Notes under the pieces: model-generated
The model's database searches: none
The model's input: the letters and a program-made list of their open reading frames with translations, nothing else
Told to the model about the DNA's origin: nothing
Part shown: positions 46,244 to 59,364 of the stretch, in pieces
Position numbering within the stretch: position 1 is the first letter of the stretch
How the letters are laid out: every line of letters starts with the position of its first letter
Made by a program: the position numbers and the translations under genes
Source: Squalus acanthias
Lineage: Eukaryota
Reading direction: 5' to 3'
DNA: 64,000 bases
NCBI GenBank assembly: GCA_030390025.1
Contig: CM059432.1
Location: 4,278,001 to 4,342,000, forward strand

Positions 46244-46704
46244 TACGGAACCAAGGTGGGTAGATGGAGTCGAGGTACAGATCAGCCATGATCTAATTGA
46301 ATGGCGGAACAGGCTTGAGGGGCCGAATGGCCTCCTCCTGTTCCTATGTTCCTTCCCATGTATGTGGCAGAACTGATCTGATAGAAATGTTCCATCTTAT
46401 CGATTTATTTTGGGCAGCAGCTCCATAGCCCTTGTGAGATAAGTCTATCAAGGGATGTGGAGCAATGGTGAGTAAATGGAGTTGAGGTCGAAGATCAACC
46501 ATGATCTCATTGAATGGCGGCGCAGGCTCGAGGAACCGAATGGCCACCTCCTGTTCCTATTGTTCCTATTATTATATTTTGATTGCAAATTTGTTTTGGT
46601 GATCCTGAAGGAGTCAACAATACAGCTGGACTCTCACGCTCTCTGATTATTTCAGCCCAGTTTCTTTTCATCCCACCAAAACCTATAAATAAAGAGAAAT
46701 CAAT

Positions 46705-47455
46705 GGGCCGGATATTCCGATCCCTATGGATGTGTACGCGCCGTGTACCCACCCGTAGGGACATCGGAAATGCCGGTTTCAGGCATGCACAGCGCATGCG
46801 CTGAAAACTGGCATTTCCGATCTATCAAGAATGCTCTTGACAGATTGGACGCCTGCCCTGGAGAAGGGCCTCTGCGGGCGGATAGTTCCGCTTTCTGGAG
46901 AGCCTCCGCCCGCAGAAAACCCTTAGAATTCTTACGCCTGGTAAAAGGCATAAGACGTAAGGCCTGCTTTTACCAGGATAAGAGTTGAAAAAAAGTTTTT
47001 AAAAAGTTTTTTCAGTCATTTATCATTTAAAAATAGGCAAGTTTATTTTTAGCCCCATAAAAATTTTAATTATGTTTTTCAAAAAATTAAAGTTTTGTTT
47101 AAAGTATTTAATTTATTGTCATTTCAACTAATTTTAAAAATGTGATTTTTTTTTAAATGTATTTAATGTTTTGAAGTGTTTTTGGGGTGATCTCCATTCA
47201 TATATTTGACAGGTCTATCTGTCAAGTGTATGAAGGGCGATTCCCTTCTCCTATTGGCTCCCCATGGCCCACGTGATCCCAGGGACGCTTGTGAACTGCC
47301 TGCGCCCCTGGGATACGTGGGCCCTGCGCACTTGGAGTTCGAGAGGCCCAGCATCGGAACTTTACGCACCTCGGGAGCCCTCAGGTAAGTGCATAGATTT
47401 TTTCCAGATCGGAGGCCTCCGCACGCAGGAAGCCTCCGATTGGAAAATATGGCCC
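46705..47455 (+). mobile_element. Family B MITE copy
   Basis: Imperfect TIR GGGCCGGATATTCCGATC/GATTGGAAAATATGGCCC; same internal hairpins as 39450 copy; flanks AAT/ATT. Confidence 0.78.
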
Positions 47456-48035
47456 ATTATCTCATTATGAAACAAAAAATCAGAAAGACTGACGTTTAGC
47501 TCTGGCACTGACGGCATTTCTTGGTATGACATTTATATTGCAAGACGGTGCTTGCTCGTGTGAGGAAAGATAGTTCTGTAAAAGTGCTGTGAGAGGAGAG
47601 CAGGACCGTTCAAACCAAGACTAGGAATTTTGACCGAGAGCAAAGTGAATGATTGATTGGGTGAGCAACTGCTGAAACTAAAGTATCAACGTCACATGTT
47701 TTCAGCAACCAAAAATGTGAGTATTGCTTCTTGATGATGATTCACACACACACGCGGTCCTCTCACTAGCACAACGGCCAAGATAAATCGGTTCTCGACT
47801 CCGCCAAGGATATATGAAATCAAGCGTAAATATCCATTATGCCAACATGTCCTCATCAACTGGACTGGTTCGTTCACAAGACAGTGTCTGTTCAGAAAAC
47901 ATTTTTTCTTTCGTAGTAGGTAAAAGTTTTGAACTGAATGGAAGGTCATGTGAGGTCACCTACACCTCAGTGGTGAAAACAGGACGGTGAAAGCAATAAA
48001 GGTGAATCAAGTGGCCCTGTCTCTGAGAACACATT

Positions 48036-48800
48036 GGCCTGGATTTTGCAGTCGGCGGCGAAGTGACAGCGCTCGCCGTTGATCTTGAACAAAGCTGTCC
48101 ACAAAGATCTAGCGATCTCTGCAGCGTCGATTTCACTTTCCCGATGTTAATTTCATTCTGGCTCCATGTATAGCGGATCTCCAGCGTCCAGCAACAGTGA
48201 TGTCATCAAGCAGGCTAAGCAGTCAATCACATTGAAGAATTCTCACAGGCAGCAAACCAGGAAGTAAAAAGCACTGATTATCCTTCACTTTTTAATCATT
48301 TTACGGAGAGCAAAATAAAGATTTGGACATACACATGGGATTAAGGTAGAAGTTGAAATATAAACTACCTTTAAAAAAAATGATTTTTATTATTTTAAAA
48401 AATCTATGGGAATTTATATCACAATGGAGATATTTGACATTGCACAAATATAAAATTAGTTTTTTCCAGGCCAGAGAGGTTGTTCAGCAGTAATGATGAC
48501 TTAGTACGCCATTAAAAACCAAGTTAAACCTCATTCAACAAGGCTTAACATTTTTTTTTAAGAACGATTAGACCGTAAAAAGTGAAAGTTCATGTCAATC
48601 CAAGTGATTTATAAGATTTCCATCTGCGAGGACTTGAACAGCGCACCCTGTGGAGGAGCGGGAAACCTCTGACAGCAACTTCCGGATTTCCGCGTTTAAC
48701 TGCGCATGTGCGGACGCCAGAAGTAGCTGTCAGTTTCACACTTGTAATGATGGCGAACACTGACAGTTTTGCTGTCATTACAACTGCAAAAATCCGGGCC
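48036..48800. mobile_element. Harbinger-type MITE (family E)
   Basis: TIR GGCCTGGATTTTGCAGT/ACTGCAAAAATCCGGGCC; flanks ATT/CTT. Confidence 0.7.
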
Positions 48801-48809
48801 CTTGTGACA

Positions 48810-49395
48810 AAGTATTACAAAGTATTTACAGCACAGACACAGGCCAGTCAGCCCAACCAGTCCATGCCGCCGTTTATGCTCCACACGAGCCTCCTCCCAC
48901 CCCTCTTCATCTAATCCCATCAGCATATCCTTCTATTCGTATATCCCTCATGTGCACATCTAGCTGATGAATAGAATAGAAGATGAATAGAAGATAGGAG
49001 CAGGAGTAGGCCATTCGGCCCCTCGAGCCTGCTCCACCATTTAATGAGATCATGGCTGATCATCCAAATTCAGTACCCTGTCCCTGCTTTCTCCCCCTAT
49101 CCCTTGATCCCTTTAGCCTTAAGAAATATATCTATCTCCTTCTTGAATATATTTAATGAATTGGCCTCAACTGCCTTCTGTGGTAGAGAATTCCACAGGT
49201 TCACCACTCTCTGGGTGAAGAAATTCCTCCTCATCTCTGTCCTAAATGGCTTACCCCTTATCCTTAAGACTGTGACCTCTGGTTCTGGACTCCCCCGCCA
49301 TCGGGAACATCCTTCCTGCATCTAGTCTGTCTAGTCCTGTTAGAATTTTATAAGTTTCAATGAGATCCCCTCTCATTCTTCTAAACTCCAGCGAA
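48810..49395 (-). mobile_element. Two CR1 3' fragments (48810-48965, 48985-49395)
   Basis: ORF 49097-49321; two different tails. Confidence 0.83.
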
Positions 49396-50029
49396 GTGAA
49401 GTATTGGAAAGGGGTCTAGTTTCAGTGGACTTGCTGTGTCTCCAACCACATGTATTCAGGGGCTGTCAGCTGACGCTTGTCAGATCTAAAAATTCTTTGT
49501 ACGTTTCCCAGTAACTTAAAATACTTGTGTTGACTGTGATGTTGTAAATTGTGATTTAGAGCTAGAGGTTTGCAGATGTTTCAAATTAGACTGCACCAGC
49601 TGAAGAGTGTAAATTAATTCAATTCAGTGTGAACTTGGAGTGAAGGAACACTCCCTCTAATTTCTAAATTAACATCACCCTTGCAGGAGAGCAGCTTGAA
49701 TCAAGCTGGTAATTGAACAGATGTTGCTGATTTTAATAAGACTGAAAGTCAAGGTATTTGCAAATATTGCATCTTCGAACTTACTTCCTCTCCAAAACTA
49801 ATTTTCAGTGTTTAGTTCCTCTCGTTCAAAAGGTTTTTTTTTTTTAGAAGGGCTTTGAAATTATGGCGCATGGTTACAGTCAGACTGTTGGGCATTGTAA
49901 GGTATATGCCTGGGCCATTGCATGCAAGTGATATTTAAAGGGGACTGGACAATTTTCAGGCCACGGTTGACACGGTTGATGGTTGCCATCGGATGTGCCA
50001 GCTCGCTGAGGTATACCAGCTGCAGGTGT

Positions 50030-52040
50030 CCTTGTGCTCAAATCCCTCCATGGTCTCGCCCCTTGCCTATCTTTCGAACCTCCTCCAGCCCTACAACCCC
50101 CCCCGCCCCCCGAGATCTCTGCGCTCCACCAATTCTGGCCTCTTGCGCATTCCCGATTTCCATCGCTCCACCATTGGTTGCCATGCCTTCAGCTGCCTGG
50201 GCCCTAAGCTCTGGAATTACCTCCCTAAACCTCTCCACCTCGCTACCTCCCTTTCCTCCTTTAAGATGCTCCTTAAAACCTACGGGGGAAAGATTCATGT
50301 TCGCCTACAAAGTTGCCAGTGTCACCGGCAACTGCAGTTAACGGCCGCTGGAAATGGCCGCAACGCAAACTGAGTGAAATTGGTCTGGGGGGCGTGGAGA
50401 TAGGTGGCGCAGCGCTCACCTTCTGTGCTACACCGTCCTGGTGGCGTTGCTGGAGGGATCTGGGACGAAGTTCCTGTCCAGGTCTGGTGTCGCAGCTTCT
50501 CACAGCCAATGGGAGCGAAGCTGTGGAGCTCGCAGGGAATTGTGGGCAATGAAAAGGTCTGAGAATTAAAGGGGCCACGCACACTGAAGCAATACAAAAT
50601 AAAATGCAGTGAATCAATACATTCTTCAGCCCTTTCTGCCTTTAAAAACATATTCAACATTTAAAAGAAGTTCCAAATGTGAATATTCAGCTGTTAAGGC
50701 TGAATTACCTTCCTAACCTCAACAAATGGGAAAACTGCCTCAGCACTAACACAAATGGCTCAGCAGGCCAGGGAAGGGGCACCCAGGGTCTCGCACGCAG
50801 CACTCCAGCTTTCTGCAGAGGGTCAACACTGCAAGAGCGGCCCTCTACCCACAGGGGCCAGGAGGCCCTCCAGAAAGAACGATCTGGGAGTACATCACTA
50901 AGGCTGTCACTGCCAGCAGCGTTGCCTCCACCACCTGGCTCCAGCGCCCAAAGAAGCTTCATGACCTCAGACCACTGGTCAAGGTCAGTGAATGTATCTT
51001 CAAAAACCGTCTCCTACCAACTTCACCACTCGCCTCACACACTGCTCAATGCACGACCCCCAATCACTCACCTACCAACAATCTGCACCAATGACGAGGC
51101 ACATCTTCCATTCCTAACCTCACCTCACCCCCTTGGAGGAGACGGTGCTGGCCATTCTTGGCAGGGACATGGTTGAGCCCTTGGCCAGCAGTGGAGTTGA
51201 AAGGATACAAGGTTCTGGTATCCTCATATGTTATCCTCCTTCTGGCATGCACTTCTTGCTTTCTCGCCCTCTCGTCAGCACAACTCCACCCTTGTGCCTT
51301 CCTCATTTCACACACTCAAGATGATTCCATCCCGGATATCCCGGCCATAAATGGGCTGTCTGGGATGCATCCTTCCATCTGATTCCTCCTCTTCAGCTTC
51401 CTCCTCTTCTGCGTCTTCCTCTTCCCTCTGCAAGCGGATGCTGTAAATCTGAATTGACTGCATAAAATGCTGGAAATACTCAGTTGGTCTGGCAGCATGT
51501 CGACCTGTGATGCAAAATCTGTTTTTCTCTCCACGGATGCTGCGTGACCTGCTGAGTATTTGCAGCATGTTCTGTCTTCTCAAAGGCCTTCATTTACCAT
51601 CCGAGCCCTTGAATGCGTCCAGCAGCACTCCCTACACACTTAAAAATCTTTTCACATCTATTGCAGCAAGCCACCACTTCAATAAAATCAAAAAAAACAG
51701 TCCAAACCCTTAAATTCAAACTTACCTGAATGATGTGTGTGTCCCTTTAAGAGCTGCAGACATCACCACTGTCAGCCTGCTGGCAGGCCGGGTTAACCTG
51801 GCTTGCTTAGGACCCAGCGATAAATTCAGTGCCGATTGACATCACCACGGTGCCATTTTTTTCCCAGGGCACTGCCAAAGGGGCGAGGAATACGGCGGCC
51901 GTCGCGGGACCCACCACCAGCTGGAGAAAGAGCGGTGGCCGCCATTTTATCACCATCTATCCTAATATCTCCTTCTGTGGTTCGGTGTCAAATGTTACTA
52001 CGTTAAAGATGCTATACAAATGCAAGTTGTTTTTGTTGTT
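50030..52040 (+). mobile_element. L2 3' fragment (50030-50283, resumes ~51954-52040)
   Basis: RSLRSTNSGLLRIP..AFSCLGPKLWN..FKMLLKTY; tail GCTATACAAATGCAAGTTG. Confidence 0.8.
50284..51953 (+). mobile_element. Decayed Harbinger element with Myb/SANT exon relics
   Basis: Starts GGGGGAAAGATTCA; 50755-50983 reads MAQQAREGAPRVS..IWEYITKAVTASSVASTTWLQRPKKLHDLRPLVK|GT; exon-2-like LEETVLAILGR; minus-strand acidic tract ~51385-51430. Confidence 0.7.
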
Positions 52041-52044
52041 CTTG

Positions 52045-52420
52045 AAAAAATTCCTCCTCATCTCAGTCCTAAATGGCCGACCCCTTATCCTGAGACTATG
52101 CCCCCTAGTTCTAGACTCCCCAGCCAGGGGGAAACAGCCTCTCAGCATCTACCCTGTCAAGCCCTCTGAATTTTAAGCGTTTCAATGAGATCAGCTCTCA
52201 TTCTTCTAAACTCCAGAGAGCAGAGGTCCATTCTACTCAATCTCTCCTCATAGGAACCAGCCTGGTGATCCTTTGTTGCACCTCCTCCAAGGCAAGTATA
52301 TCCTTCCTTAGGTAAGGAGACCTAAACTGTACACAATACTCCAGGTGTGGTCTCACCCAGGCCCTGTATAATTGCAGCTAGACTTCCTTGCTCGTACACT
52401 CCAACCTCCCTTGCAATAAA
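52045..52420 (-). mobile_element. CR1 ORF2 fragment
   Basis: FPLAGESRTRGHSLRIRGRPFRTEMRRNF on reverse strand. Confidence 0.85.
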
Positions 52421-52666
52421 CCCACTATCAATAGTGCCATGCGATCTCTTACAACCACCTGAGAGGACAGACGGTTTAACATTTCATCTGAAAGATGGCA
52501 CTTCCGACAGTGCAGCCCTGAATCAAGGAAATCGGGGCTGCACGAGAGGCCAAAATTGGAGGTATGCATAGATGTCGGAGAGATGTAGGGCTGGAGGAGG
52601 TTACAGCGATAGGGAAGGGGTGAGACCATTGAGGGGCTTGGATATAAGGATGAGAATTTTAAACTC

Positions 52667-53443
52667 AGATTATTATCTGAACGGCAATAGATTGGGAGAA
52701 GGGGAAGTGCAACGAGACCTGGGTGTCCTTGTGCACCAGTCGCTGAAGGTAAGCATGCAGGTGCAGCAGGCGGTTAAGAAGGCAAATGGTATGTTGGCCT
52801 TCATAGCGAGAGGATTCGAGTACAGGAGCAAGGATGTCTTGCTGCAGTTGTACAGGGCCTTGGTGAGACCACACCTTGAGTACTGTGTGCAGTTTTGGTC
52901 TCCTTATCTGAGGAAGGATGTTTTTGCCATGGAAGGAGTTCAGCGAAGATTCACAAGGCTGATACCTGGGATGGCAGGAATGACGTATGAAGAGAGTTTG
53001 GGTTGATTGGGCTTATACTCGCTGGAGTTTAGAAGAATGAGAGGGGATCTCATTGAAACTTATAAAATTCTGACAGGACAGGACAAACTAGATGCAGGAA
53101 GGATGTTCCTGATGGTCGGGGAGTCCAGAACCAGGGGTCACAGTCTAAGGATAAGGGGTAAGCCATTTAGGACAGAAATGAGGAGGAATTTCTTCACCCA
53201 GAGAGTGGTGAACCTGTGGAATTCTCTGCCACAGAAGGCAGTAGAGGCCAATTCATTAAATATATTCAAGAAGGAGTTGATATATTTCTTAAGGCTAAAG
53301 GGATCAAGGGATATGGGGAGAAAGCAGGGACAGGGTACTGAATTTGGATGATCAGCCATGATCGCATTGAATGGCGGAGCAGGCTAGAGGGGCCGAGTGG
53401 CCTACTCCTGCTCCTATCTTCTATGTTTCTATGATTCTATGAA
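52667..53443 (+). mobile_element. CR1 3' fragment, same subfamily as 11153-15615
   Basis: ORFs 52572-53006 and 53007-53351; near reverse complement of 11160-11920. Confidence 0.92.
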
Positions 53444-53635
53444 ACTTGAGGCGTTCCTGGACCGGGAGCCAACGTAGGTCAACGAGTACAACCAGAGAAG
53501 GTAGAAGAAGGTTTGAATTATGATTTTATGTAAAGTCAGCGAACCATCTAAAACTCCACAAAATGAGGAGGATTACTGCAAATATATCAATGGCCTTTAA
53601 AAGTCTTTACAATGGGAGGGCAATACAATAAGCAA

Positions 53636-53950
53636 CAGTGCACCTCCCAAACCCGCGACCTCTACCACCTAGAAGGACAAGGGCAGCAGGCGCATGGGAA
53701 TACCACCACCTCCAAGTTCCCCTCCAAGTCACACACACCATCTTGACTTGGAAATATATCAGCCGTTCCTTCATTGTCGCTGGGTCAAAATCCTGGAACT
53801 CCCTCCCTAACAGCGCTGTGGGAGCACCTTCACCACACGGACTGCTGCGGTTCAAGGTGGCGGCTCACCACCACCTTCTCGAGGGCAATTAGGGATGGGC
53901 AATAAATGCCGGCCTTGCCAGTGACGCCCACATCCCAGGAACTAATTTTT
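53636..53950 (+). mobile_element. 3' fragment of second LINE family
   Basis: Matches 56990-57290. Confidence 0.85.
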
Positions 53951-54624
53951 AAAAATGGAGCCAAAGAGCACCTGAAAAAATAGTTAGTCAACTTAAGCTC
54001 GTGATTAAGTTCAAACTTTGGGACAAAGAGGAGGCAACCTGCTCAGAATCAAAACTGTCAGATAAGTGAAATACGATTGGTTTCACAACTAGCCCACGCA
54101 TTACAAGTACTGCGCAAGCAACCTTCGTCATTGCTTTCCGAATCTGCTAGCTAATTCCACTTTATCAAGTCAAAAACACATGCCACTATCTCGTATCTCG
54201 ATCAGCATTTGAATTGCATAAATTATTTACTGTCTGCTATCTGCAACAAGGTCCACAAATGAGTTGTTTTTAATCCCGGTTTATTGAATCAAGGTTTGTG
54301 GCAATTACTATCTTGGAGGACATCGGAAAAGAACCTTGCCCAAATTAAATGGACGGAAAAGCGCGCAAGTAGACCCATAACAGTAATGTCCACAAAATGT
54401 TCTACACCTACTTCATTAGGAGACTTCTTTCCATTAATTTCTTTAGACAACTTACACACTGGAAAAGTAGGAAAGCTGCAGATAGCAGTGAGTCACTGAA
54501 TAATTTATGCAATTTGAATGCTGGTAGAGACACGCGATAGTTGTATCAACAATGGGAAATATTTAAACAGGAGATGCAGAGGGTGCAAATTAAATATATA
54601 TTCCAGTGAGGAAAAAAAAAGTGA

Positions 54625-54910
54625 ACATAATTTAAGATAATTGGCACAAGAACCAGAGGGAGAGATGAGGAGAATTTTTTTTACGCAGCGAGTTGTTGTG
54701 ATCTGGAACGCGCTGCCTGAAAGGGCGGTGGAAGCAGATTCAATAGTAACTTGCAAAGGGGAATTGGATAAATACTTGAAAAGGAAAAATTTGTAGGGCT
54801 ATGGGGAAAGGGCAGGGGGGAGTGGGACTAATTGGAGAGCTCTTTCAAAGAGCCGGCACAGGCACGACGGGCCGAATGGCCTCCTTCTGTGCTGTATCAT
54901 TCTATGATTC
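54625..54910 (+). mobile_element. CR1 3' fragment
   Basis: RVVVIWNALPERAVEADSI; tail. Confidence 0.85.
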
Positions 54911-55012
54911 GAGTCTGATCTTGTACTGTGGTTATTATGTGTGAAGCATCCATGCACTAATATCCATACAATTTGAATTTCTGGTCAATAATGGAATTAT
55001 AATATATATAAT

Positions 55013-55770
55013 GGTCCAGAAATTCGGGTTGGAGGATTCCCGCGGGCGCAAGCCCCCTGACCTGCACTTACCTAGCGCGCCTGCCGTTGTGCTGTGGGCC
55101 CGCGTGGGATTCCGATCCTGGGCCTCCTCCAGCTGCCGGCGCGCAGTGCTCGCGTATCCCAGGGGCGAAGCTAGTTCGCAGCGTCCCCTGGGATCACGTG
55201 GGCCATGGGGAGCCAATCAGAGCAGGGAATCTCCATTCATAGATTTGACAGGAAGACCTGTCAAATCTATGAATAGAGATCGGCCCCAAAACCTCACTAA
55301 AAGTTCAAATATTTTTTTTAAATCATTTTTAAAATAACTATAAATTACATAAATTAACTAATTTAAACAAAAATTTTAATTTTTGAAAAAATTTATTAAA
55401 GTTTTTAACGGGGCTAAAAATAAACTTACCTTTCTTTAAAGTATTTAAAAATGATAAACCTGTGGAAAAAATGTTTTCAATTTTACTTAATTCACCTCTT
55501 ACCTTGTTAAAGGCAGGCCTTGCGCCTGCTTATTCCCCGCGCAGCTGCCAGGGACTTGCCCTCACAGAGAAACCTGAAAAAAAGCGGAAGTTCCAGGTCT
55601 ACACGCTGCCTCTCCGGCGCACGCGTTTGACCCGTGAACCCCTTCCTTCAAGGGAATGGAAGTTCCGGTTTCCAGCGCATGCGCAGTGCATGCGCGAATC
55701 CGGCACTTTCGTTGGCCTTACGGTGAGTACACAGCGTGTACTCACCCGTGGGGACCCGAATTTCTGGGCC
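55013..55770 (-). mobile_element. Family B MITE copy, opposite orientation
   Basis: TIR GGTCCAGAAATTCGGGT/ACCCGAATTTCTGGGCC 16/17; hairpin 55235-55274 matches 44121-44160. Confidence 0.82.
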
Positions 55771-55961
55771 ATAGACTTAGATGTTACTTTGAATCCGGTT
55801 TGTAGCTCTTTTATGGCAACTGTTTCACTTTTCTGATCACCACAGCAGATTCTGTTTTATCACCGGTAATATCTCCAGGAAATTCAACCTTTGACTAAAT
55901 CACCACTTGGAATATTTTGTCCCTGGGTTACACGTGAGTGATGATTAAACCCATAAGATAA

Positions 55962-56325
55962 GAAATACAAACAGAAAATGCTGGAAATACTCAGCAGGTC
56001 AGGCAGCATCTGTGGAGAGAGAGAAACAGCGTTAACGAGAATCAGATCTGACGAAGGGTCATCGACCTGAAACGTTAACTCTGTTTCTCTCTCCACAGAT
56101 GCTGCCTGACCTGCTGAGCAATGCTCCCCCGAATTTTTTTTGGGTGCGCGGCCCATTCACAGTTTCGCGCATGCGTGGAGTTTAACATTGAAAAAGCCGG
56201 TCCCGGTTGCGCGGGACAGGCAGAGAGATGGGCGGCCGCGTGGCTTATAGGGAATATTGCTGCTGAGTATGTCCGGCGTTTTCTGTTTTTATTTCAGGTT
56301 TCCAGCCGTCCGCAGTTTTGTGCCT
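55962..56325. mobile_element. Penelope-like fold-back (inverted pLTR ends) with hammerhead core at 56048-56080
   Basis: 55962-56036 is reverse complement of 56073-56118 + 56268-56292; CTGACGA..GGTC(ATC)GACC..GAAACGTT. Confidence 0.78.
56119..56259. mobile_element. 141-bp hAT-type MITE
   Basis: 8-bp TSD CTGCTGAG (56111-56118, 56260-56267); TIR CAATGCTCCC/GGGAATATTG 8/10. Confidence 0.8.
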
Positions 56326-56336
56326 TTGCATTACAT

Positions 56337-57295
56337 ACCATCTTCAGCTGCTTCATCAATGACCTTCCCTCCAACATAAGGTCAGAAGTGGGGATGTTCG
56401 CTGATGACTGCACAGTGTTCAGTTCCATTCGCAACTCCTCAGATAATGAAGCAGTCCATGCCCGCATGCAACAAGACCTGGACGACGTTCAGGCTTGGGC
56501 TGATAAGTGGCAGGTAACATTCATGCCACACAAGTGCCAGGCAATGGCTATTTCCAACAAGCGAGAATCTAACCACCGCCCCTTGACATTCAACGACATT
56601 ACCATCGCTGAATCCCCCACCATCAACATCCTGGGGGTCTCCATTGACCAGAAACTTAACTGAACCAACCACATAAATACTGTGGCAACAAGAGCAGGTC
56701 AGAGGCTAGGTATTCTGCAGCGAGTGTCTCACCTCCTGACTCCCCAAAGCCTTTCCACCATCTACAAGGCTCAAGTAAGGAGTGTGATGGAATACTCTCC
56801 ACTTGCCTGGATGAGTGCAGCTCCAATAACACTCAATAAGCTCGACACCATCCAGGACAAAGCAGCCCGCTTGATTGGCACCCCATCCACCACCTTAAAC
56901 ATTCATTCTCTCCACCACCGGCGTACCGTGGCTGCAGTGTGTACCATCTACAAGATGCACTGCAGCAACTCGCCAAGGCTTCTTCGGCAGCACCTCCCAA
57001 ACCCGCGACCTCTTCCACCTAGAAGGACAAGGGCAGCAGGCACATGGGAACACCACCACCTCCAAGTTCCCCTCAAGTCACACACCATCCTGACTTGGAA
57101 GTATATCGCTGATCCTTCATTGTCGCTGGGTCAAAATCCTGGAACTCCCTCCCTAACAGCACTGTGGGAGTACCTTCACCACACGGACTGTAGCGGTTCA
57201 AGGCGGCGGCTCACCACCACCTTCTCAAGGGCAATTAGGGATGGGGCAATAAATGCCGGCCTTGCCAGCGACGCCCACATCCCATAAACAAATTT
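56337..57295 (+). mobile_element. 5'-truncated LINE (CR1/L2-group RT, family distinct from the common CR1s)
   Basis: FINDLP..MFADDCTVF..QQDLDDVQAWADKWQVTF..KCQ; TIYKAQVRSVMEYS; one in-frame stop. Confidence 0.88.
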
Positions 57296-57615
57296 AAAAA
57301 ACCATAAGAAACAGGAAAAGGCCACTCTGTGTCTCAAGTTCATTCCACAGAACATGTGCAAATTGCACTCTCACAAGATCTGCCTAACTTATTTGATTTC
57401 CTGACAGAAGCGAATAATCTCTGATAGAACTACCAGGCAGATGACACGTAATGAAATTTCTTCCTGACTCCGCAGAGTAATCAAATAAAACCTCAAAGAT
57501 ACTAACCTTGCGTTGCGATCTACTTTTTGAACCGTTACATGCCACAGTTGACATTCCCATGATCCCAACAAGACTGAAACCATCACATTTCATGGAATAT
57601 TGGATTAGAGTCCCA

Positions 57616-58505
57616 GGGGGAGAAATTCAGTATCGCCCCATTTGGGGCGCAATTATCGGCCGGGCGCAAAGATTAGCGCCTGCCGCTAATTATCGCCTCC
57701 GACTGCAAACTTGACTTTTATCGCTCCTGGAGGTGATTGCAGCGCTAAATCAGGCGCTTCACACCTGTCTTAAGGCGCAAAGGCCGAGGAGCGAGGCGCT
57801 ACCTCAGAGCGCTGGCGAAGCTCATGTGATGTCAGTCAGCAATGGAACACACACACAATGGCGCGGGCCAGTTCTTAAAGGGGAGGGTTGATCTTGCTTT
57901 CCATCCACATCCTCATTGCAGCCTTGAATCTCGGCCTGGAGAGACCTGCACATCAAATCTGCTGGAAAGAACAATGGAGAGTACCAGGCAAAGAGCTCAG
58001 AGTGCAGCCCCCACAGTCTCTTCTAAATCGATACAAGGAAGGGCAAATCAAAATGAACCTGCAAAGTGCTGCTCAGTACCCAAAACTCCTTCACACAGCG
58101 TTGAATCTCTCCAGAAGTCTCTCTCTCTCTCTCTCAGAAAGTGTGGTTCAAAAATGTCACCAACAATAAAAGGCAGGAAGCAGTCGCCTTTAAATAGCGC
58201 TCCCCCAGTCCCTTCCTGACTGCAAAACGCTCCCCTCAACCTGTCGTTGCTAGCGGCAGGCGGTAAGGCAGGGGGAGCCAGTCAATATCCGCTCCGGGGC
58301 GATACCGGGGCGTTGCGCACTCGACTGACGTCACGATCTGCCGGCGCAGGAGATTGTGGCGGTAGTGTTTAGCGCCGCCGCAAAATGTCTAGTTAATTTC
58401 GCGAGCGGCGCAAACATCGCCGCGCCCGGGCGCTAGATGATTTGCGCCCCATTAGTGCCCTCTTAAGGCGCTAACGGGAGGCGCAACCAACTGAATTTTT
58501 CCCCC
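57616..58505 (-). mobile_element. Internally deleted relative of the autonomous Harbinger (family A)
   Basis: TIR GGGGGAGAAATT/AATTTTTCCCCC; flanks CCA/ACA; left part matches revcomp 43665-44045 including Myb start (MESTRQRA vs MERVRERA); right part matches revcomp 39883-40300. Confidence 0.88.
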
Positions 58506-58516
58506 ACAGAGTCATA

Positions 58517-59361
58517 GGGCTGGATTTTGATACTGGGGATGTGATGGAGGCGGGACTCCCACTTTTTGGGTTGTAGACCCGCCTCCATCGACTTGTGGCC
58601 AACCCACGGTATTTTCCCTTGATTGACCTTGTTGAGCCCGCCCAGCGAGCTCAGCAGGCCAATTAAGGGCCACCCGGCAACAGGTGACGTCACAGATTGA
58701 CATTTCATCTGTCAAGAGCTTTTGACAGATGAAATATCAGCGTTTGACAGCTCTGTGAAGCTGTCAAACACTGCCAATTTGTCTTCTAACTTGAGTCCTT
58801 CCTCTCAGGCTGAGTTAGAAATCATTCCAGCACAGAAAACAGAGGCTGCAGTTTTTGACAGCACCACGGCCTTTCTGCTTTCTGTGCCGGTGAGATATCT
58901 GACTCCCGAGAACTGAAGGGCTGACACCTGCAGGAGGAAGTTAAGGTAAGTAAAACTTTTTCCCACACTTTGCACTTACCTTACACACTTACCTCTGCAC
59001 ACATACACCCATCACTCACCTGCCCACCGGACATATCGACCCCTCCAACCCCTGCAGACCCACGGTCCGCCTCGCTAACTTGGCGTGGTTGGGACCTGTC
59101 GGGAAGCCCACATTTCAGCTTTCAAAATAGGAAATAGGCAAAAACCTGCCTGTTAACTACCTGTTAACAGGCAGTTAATTGTCACTAATCCCCTTCCCGC
59201 CTCGGGGAGGCGGGTCCCAGCACAGGTCGGGTACCCGCCTCCAGCGAAACTGGCATGGAGGCGGGTTGGGGGCGGGATGGGGTCGGGACCCCCGAATCTG
59301 CAACTTTAACCCCCCTACACGCCTCCAAACCCGCCTCCACGGGTCAATGAAAATCCAGCCC
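58517..59361. mobile_element. Family D MITE
   Basis: Perfect TIR GGGCTGGATTTT/AAAATCCAGCCC; TSD ATA. Confidence 0.83.
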
Positions 59362-59364
59362 ATA

